Positions 1-14,089 of a DNA stretch of 64,000 nt are shown piece by piece (within the stretch, counting starts at the first letter, position 1; each line of letters begins with the position of its first letter). A program made the translations under genes and the position numbers. The notes under the pieces are model-generated. The model was given only the letters and a program-made list of their open reading frames with translations. It made no database searches and had not been told where the DNA came from. This DNA is from the human T2T-CHM13v2.0 reference genome, Homo sapiens. The DNA is taken from assembly GCF_009914755.1 (NCBI RefSeq), contig NC_060927.1. One strand, given 5' to 3'.

Positions 1-14
1 GAGAACTTACCATA

Positions 15-2356
15 TGTATTTGTTCGTTCTCACACTGCTAATAAAGACATACTCAAGACTGGATAATTTATAAAGGAAAGAGGTTTAATTGACCCGCAGT
101 TCAGCATGGCTGGGGAGGTCTCAGGAAACTTACAATCGTGGCAGAAGGGGAAGCAAACATATCCTTCCTCACATGGTGTCAGGAAGGAGAAGTGCCAAGC
201 AAAAGGGAGAAAAGCCCCTTATAAAACCATCAGATCTTGTGAGAACTCACTCACTATCATGAGAACAGCAACATGGGGGTAACCACCCCATGATTCAATT
301 ACCTCCCACCAGGTCCCTCTCATGACATGTGAAGATTATGAGAACTATAATTGAAGAAGAGATTTGGGTGGGGACACAGCCATACCATATCATTCAACCC
401 CTGGCCCCTCCCAAATCTCATGTCCTCACATTTCAAGACCCAATAATGCCTTCCCAACAGACTCCTAAAGTCTTACCTCATTCCAGCATTAACTCAAAAG
501 TCCAAGTCCAAGGTCTCATCTGAGACAAGGCAAGTCCCTTCCACCTATGAGCCTGCCAAATCAAAAGCAAGTTAGTTACTTCCTAGATACAATGGGGGTA
601 CAGGCATTGGGTAAATACACCCACTCTTAATGGGAGAAATTGGCCAAAACAAAGGAGCTTCAGGCCCCATGCAAGTCCAAACTCCAATAGGGCAGTCATT
701 AAACCTTAAAGTTCCAAAATGATCTCCTTTGACTCCATGTCTTACATCCAGGTCAGGCTAATGCAAGACGTGGACTCTGATGGCCTTGGGCAGCTCTGTC
801 CCTATGGCTTGGCAGGGTACAACCCCTTCTGTCTGGTTTCACGGCTGGTGTCGAATGTCTGTGACTTTTCCGGGCGCACGGTGCAAGCTATCAGTGGAGC
901 TACTATTCTTGGAACTGGAGGACAGTGGTCCTCTTCTCACAGCTCCACTAGACAGTGCCCCAGTGGGGACTCTATTTGGAGGCTCTGACCCCACGTTTCC
1001 CTTCTGCATTGCCTTAGCAGAGATTCTCCATGAGGGCTCTGCCCCTGTAGCAAATTCTGCCTGGACCTCCAGGCATTTCTATACATCCTCTGAAATCTAG
1101 GTGGATATTCCCAAACCTCAATTCTTGACTTCTATGCACCCGCAGGCTCAACACCATGTGGAAGCTGCTAAGGCTTGGGGCTTTCACCCTCTGAAGCCAT
1201 AGCCTGGACTGTACCTTGTCCCCCTTTAGCCATGGCTGGAGCAGCTAGGATGTAGGACACCAAGACACTAGGCTGCACACAGCAGTGGGAGCTCTGGGTC
1301 TGGCCCATGAAACTGGTCCTTCCTCCTAAACCTCCAGGCCTGTGATGTCAGGGGCTGCTGGGAAGCTCTCTGACATGCCCTGGAGACATATTCCCCATTG
1401 TCCTGGCAATTAACATTGGGCTCCTCATTATTTATGTAAATTTCTGCAGCAGGCTTGAGTTTCTCCCCAGAAAATGTGTTTTTCTTTTCTATCACGTTGT
1501 CAGGCTACAAATTTTCCAAACTTTTATGCTCTGTTTCCTCTTGAACACTATGCTGCTTAGAAATTTCTTCCTCTACATACATTAAATCATCTCTCTCAAG
1601 TTCAAAGTTCCACAGATTTCTAGAGCAGGGGCAAAATGGCACCAGTCTCTTTGCATAGAAAGAGTGACCTTTAATCCAGTTCCCAACAAGTTCCTCATCT
1701 ACATCTGAGACATCTAAGCCTGGAATTTATTGTTCATACTACTATCAGCATTTTGGTCAAAGCTATTCAACAAGTCTCTAGGAAGTACCAAAGTTTCCAC
1801 ATCTCAGACTTCTGAAACCCCCAAGTCTTTAGGAAGTTCCAAAATCTCCCACATTTTTCCTATCTTCTTCTAAGTCCTGCAAACTGTTCCAACCTCTGCC
1901 TGTTTCCAATTCCAAAGTCAGTTCGACATTTTCAGGTATCTTTACAGCAGCATCCCACTACCTGGTTTACTGTATTAAGTCCATTCTCATACTGCTAATA
2001 AAAACATACCTGAGACTGGGTAATTTATAAAGGAAATTGTAAAAGGTTTAATTGGCTCACAGTTCAGCATGGCTAGGGAGGCCTCAGGAAACTTACAATA
2101 ATTATAGAAGGAGAAGGAAACACATCCTTCTTCACACAGTGGCAGGAAGGTGAAGTGCTGAGCAAAAGAGGAAAAAGCCCCTTATAAAACCTTCAGGTCT
2201 CATGAGAAATCACTCACTACCACCAGAACAGCAGCATGGAAGTAATTGCCCCCATGATTCAATTACCTCCCATTGGGTCCCTCCCATGACACATGGGGAT
2301 TACGGGAACTACAATTCAAGATGAGATTTGGTTGGGGACACAGCTAAACCATATCA
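15..2356 (-). mobile_element. Full-length THE1-type MaLR retroelement (THE1C/D-like): LTR 15-392, internal 393-1970, LTR 1971-2356
   Basis: Two ~380-bp direct LTRs (TGTATT…CATATCA on the plus strand), a THE1-int body, and an intact 5-bp TSD CCATA at 10-14 and 2357-2361. Confidence 0.93.
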
Positions 2357-2362
2357 CCATAC

Positions 2363-2702
2363 ATAGTCAGCCCTCCATATTCATGGGTTTTTCATCTATG
2401 GACTGAACCGACAGTGGATTTAAAATATTCAAGAAAAAACTTTTGTCTGTATTAAACATGCACAGCCTTTTTATTTCTTGTCATTGTTCCCTAAACAATA
2501 CAGTATAACAACTGTTTGCATAGCATTACATCATATTAGGTATTATAAATAATCTAGTGATTATTTAAAATACATGGAATGTTGTACATAGGTTATATGC
2601 AAATACTACATCATTTTATATCAGGGACTGGAGCATCAATGGATTTTGTTATCTGAAGGATATTCTGCAACCAATACCCTGAGGATACTGAGAGACAACT
2701 GT
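2363..2702. mobile_element. MER2-like TcMar-Tigger DNA transposon fossil
   Basis: Resembles the MER2 consensus (…ttgtcattgttccctaaacaatacagtataacaac…ggatactgagagacaactg) with degenerate terminal inverted repeats. Confidence 0.75.
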
Positions 2703-2777
2703 ACTTACTTTACATTATGATAAATAATTTGCAGTGCGTTGTAACTTAATCCTCAGCAACTTTAAGAAGCAGGTGCT

Positions 2778-2870
2778 ATATATATATACATATATATATA
2801 TGTATATATATATAAACTTTTATATTATAAATATATAAGCATATTTATATTAGACACATATAATATATAT
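2778..2870. repeat. (TA)n-rich microsatellite
   Basis: Seen directly. Confidence 0.9.
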
Positions 2871-4375
2871 TTGTTTATTTTAATAGTCAAAAATTGAAGG
2901 TTAATTTATACTAAAGTGTAAAGGCCAAGGTCAGCCAGTTGGTAAGCAGCATTTCAGAGACTTGAGCCCTAGAAGGTATGAACCCCAATCTGAACTCTTG
3001 ACTACTAAAAAATGGATACTTTCTGAATCCTTCTTATCTTTGTAAGATTTCACAATGTTCATGGCATAGTTTAGCCTCAATTAAACTAAAGATTTGAATT
3101 AAGAACCCAAACCTCAAAGGTCACCTTCAAAAAAAGCTTTCGTGTATGATATTTAGTACTTGGGACACAAGTAGCTTGCTCTCCAAACATAGAATCACTT
3201 TTTCAGACTGAATACAACTACTGAGAATTACAGCAGCTTGTTCAGCAGCAGCATCTACTTGCAGTGAAATACTTGTCTTTAAAAATGATCAGTTCTCCCA
3301 GGTATCCAGTTCATTTTCCAACTGTAAATTATTTAGAAAGCCATTACCTATGCAGTTCTAATAAATCCTATGGACTATTTCTCATGATATCGTATTTGTA
3401 TGAGAATGTGAAAATCTCCATCTTCTTCCTCTTTTGAGCCAAAATAAAATACAGCAAAGCTACCGAAAACTTATATTAAAGCACTGGAATTATGTTTCCA
3501 AAAATAATTTAAAAATATTCAAATAGAGTCTCTTTGTATGTGAGTGAAACTGATTAACAGCCTAACTTATATTTGTGGGCCAATAGAAATGTCAAACTGA
3601 TGGCACAAAAGGTTACAAAGTAGGTGTCTACTTATTTTCACGTGAAAATCATACCACTTACTGTGTGTATATTGTTTTAATGCACATCTCTTTCTTAATG
3701 AGTTCTGAGTAATAAAAAGAGAATTATATTAGAAATTTCACATGGAATTATGTAATGCAATGAACAGGGCTTGGATAAGATTTCTCTTCTATTGAGGAGA
3801 CGAAGTGTGTAATTTACTGTAAACCTGGATATTAACAGCTCCTATATCTGGAATGAACAGCCTTAGCTATAAATGAAAATTTCATAGAAAGATAGTCTAG
3901 TTTAAAACATTGTTCTCAGAAGAAGTTGGGAGAAGGGGCAATAATATTTTTACTCCGATTTGTGCTTTACCATATGTGGACATGCTAAGGATGGTTGAAA
4001 ATTTTTTAAAATATAAAACAGCAGACATACACCTAAAGGGCATCATTCGTTCTCCCTAGCACACAGAAATTTCAGCTTCTTCTTGGGAGTCCTTCTCCCC
4101 CTTTGTCTTAATCGAGATCCTTATGTTTCAAAGCAGGCATGCTGAAATCACTCAAAAACCTTCTTTACAATACCCAAGAGAATATTGTCCAGCTAAGTTT
4201 TAAAGAGCCTCAAAAGTCCATTCTAGGGACTTAGTTTAACAAAGTCTTTATTATTTACAGCCTTTAGATATCAGGGAGTTTGACAAGTGAAGGGTGTTAA
4301 GAAGGAAACCATTTCTCAGATAAATTAGCCAGTGAATCTCAAATATCAGTTCCTGTAAAGAAACCCTGCTATTCT

Positions 4376-4667
4376 TTTTTTTTCCCTTTTATTATTATTA
4401 TTATTATTATTATTATAATACTTTAAGTTCTAGGGTACATGCGCACAACGTGCAGGTTTCTTACATATGTATTCATGTGCCATGTTGGTGTGCTGCACCC
4501 ATTAACTCGTCATTTACATTAGGTATATCTCCTAATGCTTTCCCTCCCCCCTTCCCCCTTCCCCCCACCCCACAACAGGCCCCGGTGTGGTGTGTGATGT
4601 TCCCCTTCCTGTGTCAAGTGTTCTCATTGTGCAATTCCCACCTATGAGTGAGAACATGCGGTGTTTG
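4376..4667 (-). mobile_element. 5'-truncated L1PA 3' end (~290 bp)
   Basis: L1 3'UTR (tactttaagttctagggtacatg…) with a (TAT)n-degenerate tail and a perfect TSD GAAACCCTGCTATTCT at 4360-4375 and 4668-4683. Confidence 0.92.
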
Positions 4668-4819
4668 GAAACCCTGCTATTCTATCTTGCAGTTCTTTCT
4701 AATAAGAAATCAGTTGATTACTTCATTGAAATGAAAACTTATTTACAAAATTTTGAGATTCCTTGAGGGTGCTGTCCTCACTTATTTGTGCAAATAAACA
4801 CTATGCATTAATCTGTTAT

Positions 4820-6016
4820 ATTCATTTTCCTACATTCTGTTCTATACTAGCATCCTCAGAAACAAAAGGGACTTCAATATTTGAACAGCACTTGGGACAC
4901 TTAAATAAGTATATATTCTACAATTCAAAAAATAAACATCCTTTCAGTTTGCTTCCAAGATCAGCTGATTGGCCTCACTTTCCTCATGATTAACTTTAGG
5001 ATGGTATGGCTCTTCCTTTCCCTTCTAAAATACTTCAGGCCCAAAGTGATCAGGTAGAGGTGAGCAAGGTTGGGGTCAGAAGTGTGGCAGGCACTGTGGT
5101 GACCAGATAAAAAATGAGGAAGATGTCTTTACCGTCTTCAAGAATAAGTGGTGTGGTGGAGCAGGTAGCCTAGCATGGGGTGTCAGAGTTCAAGCAGAAT
5201 GCAGAGGCTACCCAATGTGGGATGTTAGAGCCCAAGAAGGGTGTCCATGTGGGAGATGATCTTTCACAGGGTATCTGAGCCTAAGCAATGTGAAGGTGTG
5301 TGACTGTGTCACTGTATGTTATCTGACAGATGAGTCTTTATTGAGTCTTAGATTTTCCTGAGACCTGGTGCATAATTATGCATCATAATTTCAAGTGCAT
5401 AAATTAAAGGCCCAGTTTACCTATCTGAAGACTAGGAGTCATGAACCTAGGAAGGGTAAATACATGGGATAAATTTGATTCATTGACAACAGTGGCAGCA
5501 GACCATCTTTACCCTCCATAAAACATAGAGGAGTAAATTACTGTGTCTTATGGGGCTAGCTCACGGAGAGCAAGAATGGGAATTACAATAAGATGAACCA
5601 AAAGATTATTATATGGTGAGCTCTGATAAATTCTTCATATATTTTGTCTCAAGTCTCACAGCAACCCATTGTAGCTACTGGTAATAAGGATATCATAAGA
5701 CCATTTTGCAAATGAATACTGCAAAGCTTAAAGTTTAAATATACTACTTGATGGGGCCTTAGGCAAGTATATTATAAGATTAAAGATCTTTGATTTTGAG
5801 TCCATGTTTTCATCTTTTATACTCCCTCCATAAATGAAATTTATATGTTATAATGCACATATAACAATCAGCTGATCTTGGAAGCAATCTGAAAGGACGC
5901 TTATTTTTTGAATTGTAGAATATATACTTATTTAAGTCTCCCAAGTGCTGTTCAAGTACTGAAGTCCCTTTTGTTTCTGAGGATGTTAGTATAGAACAGA
6001 ATGTAGGAAAATGAAT
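4820..6016. repeat. Inverted repeat of unique sequence: arms 4820-4971 and 5865-6016 (152 bp each)
   Basis: Manual alignment gives 145/152 identical with no gaps; spacer 893 bp. Confidence 0.95.
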
Positions 6017-6951
6017 TTATATGTTATAATGCACACTATCTTATTAGTAAAGATTAGCATTCTATATTCTTAGAAAATCGTGAAATGAAATGTTTATGGC
6101 TGAAAGATAATTAAACGTTTTCTAAGGTAATGAGTTACTACTTTTATCCCAATGATGACAATTTATACATTTTATAAGTAAGGTGAGTTTAATTGTTCTT
6201 TCTGTTGTTTCTGCTGGCTTTCATTATGGTGCCTTGTTTCCTTATAATATGTCTATTGATTTTTAACTGTCTGCTTCCCATTTTGCCTTTAAAGTTACAT
6301 ATGAACTTCTTTGAGGCACTGGAGGAAATAGAATTCCTCCTGGGGGGATTTGCCGTCTAGTTCTGGTGGAAGTCTTACATGCAGAGAAACACTTAACAAC
6401 ATTTACATGTAGAGGAACACTGGAAACACTTAAATCTAAATCTAAACTCATGGTTACAGACCAAAGAGTATGAATTTATGTGGGAAGCTATGCAAATGGC
6501 AACTTGTGTGCTTATTTATTTTCAGGGGAGGTATTTTACTCCTCCAGTCAGTACCAAGTTTGGAGATAGGTAATTTCCCTATTTTCACTCAGGTACACAG
6601 TTATTCCTAATTCACAGTTATACGGAGAGCATAGCACTTTTGAGTCCCTGCCGTTAAGAAAAGAGGAACTCTGCCTTGACTTTCCCACTTTGATTCAGCC
6701 TTCTTAGGATTTTTTTTTTTTTTTATGTCCCAGCACCCACTCCAATCCCATGAAATGCCAACAAATGATACTTAGTAAAACTAGGATTCTCACGTGCCCT
6801 CAAGATAAAAGCTGGCCTTCACTGTTAGTATTATTCTCAGGTTCTTGTTTTCACTCAGCTGTCGGCCTAAGTTTGGTATTTTCCTGTTAGACTACACATA
6901 CATTTCTTTATTTTTTTATTGTTTTTAGCAGAAGGGTTGATCATAACTGCT

Positions 6952-7331
6952 TGATATAGTTTGGCTGTGTCCCCACCCAAATCTCATCTTGTGTCCCCAC
7001 CCAAATCTCATCTTGAATCATAGCTTTCATAATTCCCACATGTTGTGGGAGGAACCTGGTGGGAGGTAATTGAATCATGGGGGTAAGTCTTTCCCATGCT
7101 CTTCTCATGGTAGTGAATAAGTCTCATGAGATCTGATGGTTTTATAAAGGGAAGTTCCCTTTCACATGCTGTCTTGGCTGCCACCATGTAAGATGTCCCT
7201 TTCTTGCCTTCTGCTATATTTGTGGGGTCTCCTCAGCCATGTGGAACTGTGAGTCCATTAAACCTCTTTGCTTTATAAATTACCCAATTGCAGGTATGTC
7301 TTTATTAGCATTGTGAGAACAGACTAATACA
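6952..7331 (+). mobile_element. THE1 solo LTR with an internal 24-bp tandem duplication
   Basis: TGATATAGTTTGGCTGTGTCCCC…ACTAATACA; TSD CTGCT at 6947-6951 and 7332-7336. Confidence 0.9.
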
Positions 7332-9288
7332 CTGCTCTACTGCCACATTGCTAGAAATGGAATCCACAAGGTAAGTTGAACACTATTTTTTCAGTTATTT
7401 AAACTTTTGAGTTTGGTGATATGCATTGCTAATTAATTTGAGGAAAAACCTATTACAGATGAAATAGATTATCCTGCCATTTTAAGCTTAAAAAAGAAAT
7501 TTAACATATTAAGCTCTTCCCCCTTCTTAATGTATTTCTTCTTGTTATTGAATGAAGATCAATAATTCTCTCCTAATATTTTGAAGAGATCATCATTTAT
7601 TGACAGGCCTACATGGAAACTTACATTTTATGCTAGTTTTGATATTAAAAACTCTGTAAACTTGGAATATCACATAATCCAACTGGATTACACTTACAAG
7701 AAATTAATAACCTCAAAAAAGAAGGTTTTGTGTTTCTTATAACTACTTAATCATGGACAGGAACAATACTTGGATGTAAAGATTAACCACGAAGAGCCAG
7801 TTTCAGGACTAAAATCTCATTTGTAACCATAAGATCCCTGAGTATGTTGATTTTAAATCAATGCATCACTTCGTGACAGATACTCCCCTACTTATAATTC
7901 TGGTGTCATTTGGTCTCGTAAGACCTGACCTAAAGTTGGTGATGCTTATTACATTAAAACTTTCCAATGCCACTTGGAAAAAATTAAACTATGTTAGTTA
8001 ATTAAAATATGCACTATTTAATATGGTGCTTCAAATTATTACAGATACTTGACAGGTATACCAGTTGAACAACGTGTCTTCTGAAATTCAATGAGTGAAG
8101 CTGCTGCTTTTTTTAGTTTTATGCATAATTTTGCACTTCATAAAGGAAATACATTGGAATGTAACATGAGATACCCTATAGTTTATTTTTACTTTTACTT
8201 GTTTTGCATAAAATATAGGTTTTAAATAAATAATCAAGTCTTCCTGTTTCCATCCTGATGAAAACATGAAACAAATTGTCTCTTGTTTGGTTAAGTCCTG
8301 ATACAAACTGGAAGGTAAATGCACAAATGTTTGATTATGAGTTTACAAAAATGTTGAAGTGGTTCAGTTAAGAGGCTCCATTGATTGGCTTTGTGATGAA
8401 ACTCACATATTAAACAATCATATAAAAATTTGCTTGAAAATAATGATGTTGACTGGCACAATGTCTGGCATATAATAGCACTAGTATTTAATCAAGCATG
8501 TATTGAATAGATCACTAAATGAATAAACTATATAATGGATTTACGATTTTAAAATGTCTCAATAAATTTCTAATAGCACATTATCCTTAATTCTATTAAA
8601 TCATCAAACAGCTGATTTAGGTCAGAGCTTTTAGTTCTGTTGATAGACTCAAGAGGACCCCTATGCCCTTGGAAATTGTGTACCAAATTAAATGACTTAA
8701 ATGTATTTTTCCCTCCAGGGAAAAAGTCATTGCTTCCATAAGATCCTTAAAGAAGAATAAAGGTTAAATTATACCACTATCTTAAGCAAAAGTAGATTTA
8801 TTATTTTAGATCAAGGTATTTCTCTAAGCAGTATGTTGTCTTTTCCTACAACAATAAGAAAAGCATACCCTGACAAAGACAAGTCTCAGGATCTCAAAAG
8901 AACAAAAGCCTTATTATGCTCAACCATTACACTTCCTGACATAACAAAACCTCGCAGGCGTGTAAACTCCAAAAGGCTAGGACTTTCTTCTGCCTGTTTA
9001 CTGGCTGTAATTCCCAGCATCCAATGTGACACCTGGCATATAGAAGGTGGTCAACATTTGCTGAGTAAATGAGTTAAAATTAAAATGAACATTGCTGTTT
9101 CACAAAATCAAGAGTTAGATTTCTTGGTTATATTTCACCAACTCAGTGATCTATCATTATAAATACTTAATAAATCCAAAGTAGAGAATACCAATTCAAT
9201 CTCCTCAAAAAATACAACGTTATATAAATTTTAAATTTTATATTAGAATCATTTTACATGCACAGATTTGTGGAAATGCCCATAATGA

Positions 9289-9902
<614 letters not shown>

Positions 9903-10315
9903 CAAAGGCTATTTTTTCAATAAACTATTATAATTTTTAAAAATCTGACTGGTATATAGGAAGAAGTATGAAGAACTTTGACTAAGCAACTCCCTATTTA
10001 TAACTTCTTTGATATTATATTCAAGTTTGAAATCAAAATTTGAATAATATTCTGATTTGCTCTATTGAATAGTTTCACACATACAAAGTAAAGCTAAAAG
10101 AGTTACATATTTATTTTATTCATCCATTAAAAACTTAGTATGTGCTGTGAGCACAATATGTTAGTGAGGAAGATAGAAACTGATGGACCTTACATTCAAG
10201 CAGGAAACAATTGAGAAGTCCTGGCTTTTGATTTGTGTTTTTCTTCTAAGAAAATTAAATCAAAATTAGTAGGTATTTTAACAGAAAAAAACAAAATCAA
10301 GAATTAACAATGATC

Positions 10316-10618
10316 AGCCAGGTGTGGTGGCTCATGCCTGTAATCCCAGCACATTGGGAGGCCGAGGCAGGTGGGTCACGAGGTCAGGAGTTCAAGACTA
10401 GCCTGACCAACATGGTGAAACCCTGTCTCTACTAAAATTACAAAAATTAGCTGGATGTGGTGGCAGGCACCTGTAATCCCAGCTACTTGGGAGGTTGAGG
10501 CAGAGAACTGCTTGAACTCGGGAGTTAGAAGTTGCAGGGAGCTGAGACTGTGCCACTGCCTCCAGCCTGGGTGACAGAGCGAGACACCATCTCAAAAACA
10601 AAACAAAACAAAAAAAAG
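10316..10618 (+). mobile_element. Alu (S-type)
   Basis: Forward Alu with an (AAAAC)n tail and a degenerate TSD AAGAA(T/C)TAACAAT. Confidence 0.92.
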
Positions 10619-11584
10619 AACTAACAATAACCAATGCATTTGCATTATTCATTATTCCATATTTACATACTAATGCAAATTTAAACTTAGAAGGGCACTT
10701 AGGGTGATCTAATACAATATTCATTTGACAGATGGGAAACCTAAGACGGAAGCCGTGAACTGCCTTGTCCAAGGTAAAAGAGGTAAGGCATGAAACCAGA
10801 AGTCAGGACAGACATACATGTTTTCTGACAGGGACCTCAGAGAATACTTCCCTATAAAAGGAGAATTCATTTGTTCCCCTTGATAGTTAAAAAGTATTAA
10901 TTACATTAATTCATTAGCTATATTTAAATTCCCATATAAAGAAAAAGACATAATATGCTAAAAACCTCAGAGCAGTCAACTAAAATGTAAGATGTAGGCC
11001 TATGTGTACTGATATTGGATGAATTTTAATAAACTGGGATGCTAGTGGTTCTAAGGAAATCCCTTAATAAAAAACAAACTGTGGAAAATGGCTAGTTGGC
11101 TAAAAGGTTGATGGAAATATTTTGGTGCAATCATTTTGGAGGGTAATTTGGCAATACCTAGAAATATTAAATATATCTATTTTTCAAACTTATAATAATC
11201 TCATTTCTAGAACACAAACCTACAGACATGCACACAAATGGACCAGGATACTTACAAAAATGATGCTTGTAAGTGGGAGGAGAAAAGGCAAATGACTAGA
11301 TTTACTAGATTTTTAGGATTATAGAGAAGTAACAATCTGTACATTTTCTATGAATTCCCAGCACCACGGATGCGTCTGATATATAGGGGTGCACAATAAC
11401 ATTTGGTTTAAGTAATTTTTCAAAAGCACAGAAACATATGTGTGCACACAGAACTTCAGTAAATGTTCTTGATCAATTCGTTCTAGCCTAAGGGTACCTA
11501 CTTAACCTACTGGGAAGCACTACACTGTAATGATTGAGGGCAGACATTTGTGATGGGCATCAAAAGCCTACATAAATCTAGATA

Positions 11585-11907
11585 CAGGTTGAGTATCCCT
11601 TTATTAGATTCTTGGGACCAGAAGTATTTTGGATTTTTTCAGATTTTGGAATATTCACATGTATACAATGAGGTATCTTGGGGATGGTGCACAAGTCAAA
11701 ACATGAAATTCATATATGTTTTATATATACCTTATACACATGGTCTGAAGGTAATTTTATATAACACTTTAAATAATTTTTTGCATGAAACAACGTTTGC
11801 GGCAAGTACGTGTATGAGGAATTTTCTACTTATGGTAGGCACTTGAAAAGTTTTGGATTTTGGAGCATTTTGGATTTCAGATTATTGGATTAGGGATGCT
11901 CAAACTG
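11585..11907. mobile_element. Tigger4/MER46-like DNA transposon fossil
   Basis: Terminal inverted repeats CAGGTTGAGTATCC…GGATGCTCAAACTG flanked by TA; internal ttttggatttt motifs. Confidence 0.75.
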
Positions 11908-12715
11908 TACTTACCTAGGCTGTAACACTCAACCACTCATGACCTGCTTTCCTTTTGTTTCTTTTTTTAAAGGAGAGATAACATAACCAAACTTACTAGA
12001 CTCTTTTAAGGTATTATTCTAACATCAGGAACAGAACGGTCATCTCCATAATCATCTGTATATGCACACAAGAGTCACAAACTCAGTTCAAACATCATTA
12101 TTCTTGTCCATAAAGTGGATAAACTATTGGCTACATTTTGTCAGGCTACAATGGAGCTCAAGAGAAATATTGCCTGTAATAGTCCTTTGTGTTTCACATT
12201 ATTATAAGGTGGTATTATTTAATAATTACATTTTAACAGAAATCTTGGAAATTTTTAATTGAAGTACATAAGTGATGAATATAATTTGCAGTGGGTTGTG
12301 ACAGGGCTATTGAAGGACATAATCTTTAGTAATAACCAATGTATTTAATAGAAAATACTAAGATGTCACACATCTACTGTGGAGCAATTCCAAAACTAAA
12401 ATAATACATAGAATAAAAAGTCAAAATTCCTTCCTTCCCTCCTTAAGTACAGCCATTTATTACATTTCATATATTTTTGAGGCATATACAAACATTGACT
12501 AATATTGACCAAATGAATAAGCTAAATTGACTAATATTGGGGTTTAATATGTTAAAAGAGGCAATAGTTCATGTTTTGCTTTGCAAATTGAAGCTTCCAT
12601 AGCCCCTGAAATTATGTGATAAACATCTTGGTTTTCACAAGCTATATTTGTCAACTTGTGTATATTCTTGTAATTATATAGTCTAAAATGAGAAACAGGC
12701 TTAAATTTATTTAGA

Positions 12716-12915
12716 TCAGCAATCATCAATTTTTTTCTGTAAAGGGCAAGAAAATAAATATTTTTGACTTTGAGGGTCATATGGTCTCTGTTGTAACTAA
12801 TCAACTCTGTCATTGTAGTACAAAAACAGCTATAAACAAATGGGCGTGGGTGTTTCAATAACACTTTATTTACAAAAACAAGCTGTGGGCCAGACTCCCT
12901 GAAGTTTTCTGAGCT
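12716..12915 (+). mobile_element. MER58A-like hAT-Charlie fossil
   Basis: ttttctgtaaagggc…aaatattttt…atggtctctgttgtaact…actttatttacaaaaaca. Confidence 0.75.
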
Positions 12916-13824
12916 TTACTTTAGATCACTGTTTAGCATCCAATGCTAGTGCCATAGTTCTGTAAGCCAGACAGCACTTATATGGATTTTATAACCTTAT
13001 GCAAACTCATGCAAATGGGAAATTTTACGCACAACCCTTCATTTTTAAAGGTACACAATTGTCAAATGATGAGTTAACCACTGTTGTAGGGCAAATGAAA
13101 GGCATCTTGAATACAACTGGTCCCTATGGATAGAATTCTATTAGAGAGAGTGTTACTTTATAAAGAGAAAATAGCGCATTAGTTACTCTTCATTAAATGA
13201 AAAAACAAAAGCTGCTCAGGAAATATTAAAGCATGGAGAGACTGAGTGAAAAGAAAAATAGATGAGCTATGGCAGCAAAAAGAACCATTTCAGTGCATTT
13301 TATTGATCATTAACCTTTAGCTTTAGGAGGCATTTGAAAACAACAGAGAAGCATGTTATTGGCTTGGCATGAAACTTCTAATGATGCATGAGAATATATG
13401 CTCAAAAATGTCAAAGGTCACTAGAGAAATCACATATTGACAGATAAAATGTTTTTGATATTGTGTAATACAGAAGTAAAAGGGCAATCAGCTATGCCTT
13501 CTGCTTGCTGGCTTGTGGAAATTTTGCAGTATTTAGTAAAGTTAAAACTGAATGTGACTCAATATAATGCTGGGCTTCTCCTTTCTAGATAATGATACAA
13601 GATAAAACTGATAAAATATCAATGTCATGGACATATTCTAAATCAAGGATGCATTTAAAAATGTCAAGAATTAACTAAAATGGTTATATTAATGATGGTT
13701 CAACTATTTATCAATTATAGACTAATGTCAAAATTGGAGGACCCACTCACTTACAGACAGAGATATATATAAAACATTCCCCTTGTTTTACTCATTCTGT
13801 GACTGCAAATGTCTAAAATGTGTC

Positions 13825-14089
13825 TGTATTAATCTGTTCTCATGCTGCTAAAAAAGACATACCTGAGACTGGGTAATGTATAAAAAAAAGAGATTTAATT
13901 GACTCACAGGTCAGCATGGCTGGAGAGACCTCAGGAAACTTACAGTCATGGTAGAAAGGAAAGGAAACATGTCCCTCGTCACCCCCACGATTCAATGACC
14001 TCCCACTGGGTCCCTCTGAAGACATGTGGGGATAATGGGAACTACAGTTCAAGATGAGATTTGGGTTGGGACACAGCCAAACCACATCA
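13825..14089 (-). mobile_element. THE1/MST-type solo LTR, internally deleted (265 bp)
   Basis: Same termini as the LTRs at 15-392 but lacking ~110 bp centrally; TSD GTGTC at 13820-13824 and 14090-14094. Confidence 0.85.

Noticed and set aside
329-1495. Several 64-106 aa ORFs
   Set aside because: Chance frames in the THE1 LTR and internal region.
12494-12539. 14-bp direct repeat ATTGACTAATATTG
   Set aside because: A short local slippage duplication with no tail or other structure.
12999-13016. Two octamer-like motifs (ATGCAAAC, ATGCAAAT) 10 bp apart
   Set aside because: Not distinguishable from chance in AT-rich DNA without conservation data.
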